A stretch of 64,000 nucleotides of DNA from Scyliorhinus canicula (Eukaryota): the NCBI RefSeq assembly GCF_902713615.1, contig NC_052149.1, forward strand, positions 63,725,443-63,789,442, written 5' to 3'. Shown here in pieces: positions 62,040-64,000 of this stretch. A model generated the notes under the pieces. The model ran no database searches. It saw nothing but the letters and a program-made list of their open reading frames with translations, and was not told the DNA's origin. Positions within the stretch are counted from its first letter, which is position 1. Every line of letters starts with the position of its first letter. Both the position numbers and the translations under genes were made by a program.

Positions 62040-62392
62040 AGAATGGTTACAACACAGTAAGGGCATTTTACCCATCCTGTGAGTGTTATCCCTCTGAAAG
62101 AACAGTTCATCTAATGCCATTCCCCTGCCTCTTCCCTGTAGCCCTGCAAATATTTCCTTTTCAGATAGTGATCCAACTTCCTTTTGAAAACCTTAATTGA
62201 CCTACCTCCACCACACAGGCAATACATTTCCGTCCCTAACCACTCAATGCATGAAATGTTTTTTTTCCCTAATGTTGCTTCTTTTACCTTAAGTCTGTGC
62301 CCCTCTTCCAATGGGAACAGTTTCTCCATATCTATTCTGTCCAGATTCCTCATGATTTTGAATACCTTCATCAAATCTCCTTTCCTCATCAA
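62040..62392 (-). mobile_element. Old CR1-type LINE 3' fragment
   Basis: RKGDLMKVFKIMRNLDRIDMEKLFPL on the minus strand. Confidence 0.8.
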
Positions 62393-62524
62393 ATATCAAT
62401 GTCAGGGCCCCATATATCTCTTCCCTTGTCTCCCACAGCAGTCTCGGGTGCATCTTATCAGGCACTGGGGTTTATGCACCTTTATGCCTGCTAAAACATC
62501 TAATACCTCATCCTTATAAATCTT

Positions 62525-63870
62525 CTAAAAAATGTTTTTATTCAGGACATTTTCATTGTATATACAAAACACAACATTACATTTCTCATTCTAAATACCC
62601 CCTCCACCATACCACTCCCTCCCACCCCTCTTCATAACCATAATGTAAAACAAAACTTCACCCCTTCCTCGCTGCGCTTAACTAACTCGTAAAGAAGGAG
62701 ATGAACAGCCTCCACTTCGAGTAGAACCCCTCCTTCAATCCCGTAATGCCAAACCTTATCTTCTACAGATGTAAGAAGCCCGCTAGGTCATTCACCCACC
62801 CCAGTGCAGCTCTGGGTGGTTCCGGAGCCCGCCACCCTAACAAGATCCTCCTCCGGGTTATCAGGGAGTCAAAGGTGAACACATCAGCATCTCTCCCCAT
62901 CTGCATTCTCGGATCCTCCGATACCCCAAACATCGCCTCCATGAGTTTGGGACCACCTTCACCCCCAAGATCTCTGACATCGTCCCCAAAAAGGCCTCTT
63001 AAAACCCCACTAATTTCAGGCAGGAGCAAGACGTGTGTGTGGTTCACCAGCCCCGACAGCTAGCATCTGTCCTCCATCTCCAGAAAAACCCACTCATAAC
63101 ACATCCTTGTCATATGTGCTCTGTGCACCACCTTAAATTGAACTAAACTCAATCTCGCACATGAGGTCGAGTTTATCCTATGCAAAGCCTCACTCCAGAC
63201 CCCCACCTCAAATGTACACTCCAGCTTTTCCGCCCACTTCTTCTCCATTAACTGCCCATAGATATCCAAAACCTTGCCCTCCCCTATCTCATCCTTAGAC
63301 ACAATCCTTTCGAGCAACGAAGGATGCGGTAACCGCAGAAACCTGGCCAACTCCTTCCTCATGAAATTCCTAATCTGCCAGCACCAGAATCCATTCCCCC
63401 ATGGCAACTGAAACATCTCTACCAGCTCCTCCAACTCTGCAAATCTGCCTTCCACAAACAATTCCCTAAACCCCTCTATCACCTCTCATCCCCAAACTCT
63501 GGTACGTTGAGTCCAACCCCGCTGGAATAAATCTATGATTTCCACAGATCGGTGCCCACAGCGGATGCCCTCTAACTTAAAATATTGCCGAAACGTATTC
63601 CAAGCTCTTAAAAAAGCAACCACCACCGGGCTGTTGGAGTATTTAGCCAGCGAGAATGGAAGCGGAGCCATCCGGTGCACTCAAACCTGTCCCATACACA
63701 AAGCCTCCTCCATTCGCCCCCAATCCGACCCTTCCTCCACGACCCATTTCCAAATCTTCTCTACATTTGCCGCCCAATAATAATTCATCAAATTTGGCAA
63801 CACTAATTCCCCTGACCGCCCGTCCCTCTGCAAAAATACGCTCCGAATCCGAGGCGGGTAACACCCATGC
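62525..63870 (-). mobile_element. L1 LINE 3' fragment, decayed
   Basis: LPNLMNYYWAANV and SCARLSLVQFKVVHRAH are homologous to the ORF2 C-terminus at 19150-20320; minus-strand AATAAA near 62540. Confidence 0.85.
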
Positions 63871-63892
63871 AATGGCTGAAATTAACCTATTT

Positions 63893-64000
63893 AGGGTGGC
63901 ATGTTGGCACAGTGTTTAGCACTGCTGCCTCACAGCGCCGAGGACCCAGGTTTGATCCCCGGCCCTGGGTCACTGTTCGTGTGGCATTTGCACATTCTCC
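63893..64000 (+). mobile_element. HE1-type SINE, 5' part, cut by the window edge
   Basis: tRNA-like head GGCACAGTGTTTAGCACTGCTGCCTCACAGCGCC. Confidence 0.8.

Noticed and set aside
3612-64000. tRNA-like A/B boxes as tRNA genes
   Set aside because: Each is the head of a SINE followed by a SINE body and tail.

Overview
This is eukaryotic, repeat-rich vertebrate DNA, almost certainly shark (elasmobranch): it carries many HE1/V-SINE-type SINEs and CR1/HER1-type LINEs. Three host genes lie on the + strand. (1) A single-exon 749-aa CARD + ankyrin-repeat gene matching caiap (26344-28593). (2) A five-exon, 281-aa uncharacterised Isy1-like gene assembled by hand from splice sites (48675-58089). (3) The first coding exon of mysm1 (60950-61005) in a CpG-rich promoter. 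Most of the rest is transposable elements: a TSD-flanked full-length L1 whose ORF2 is broken only by +1 G in two homopolymers, two Mag-like Gypsy LTR retrotransposons, several solo LTRs, a full-length decayed hAT transposon, CR1 fragments and about 20 SINEs, often nested. The most unusual signal is in both Gypsy elements. Neither has a tRNA primer-binding site. Instead, the sequence after the 5' LTR is complementary to the LTR's own ATTAAA poly(A)-signal region, and that complementarity co-varies between the two families. This suggests tRNA-independent self-priming and/or occlusion of the 5' LTR poly(A) signal. Coordinates were counted by hand, SINE/LINE ends are approximate, and no database searches were run.
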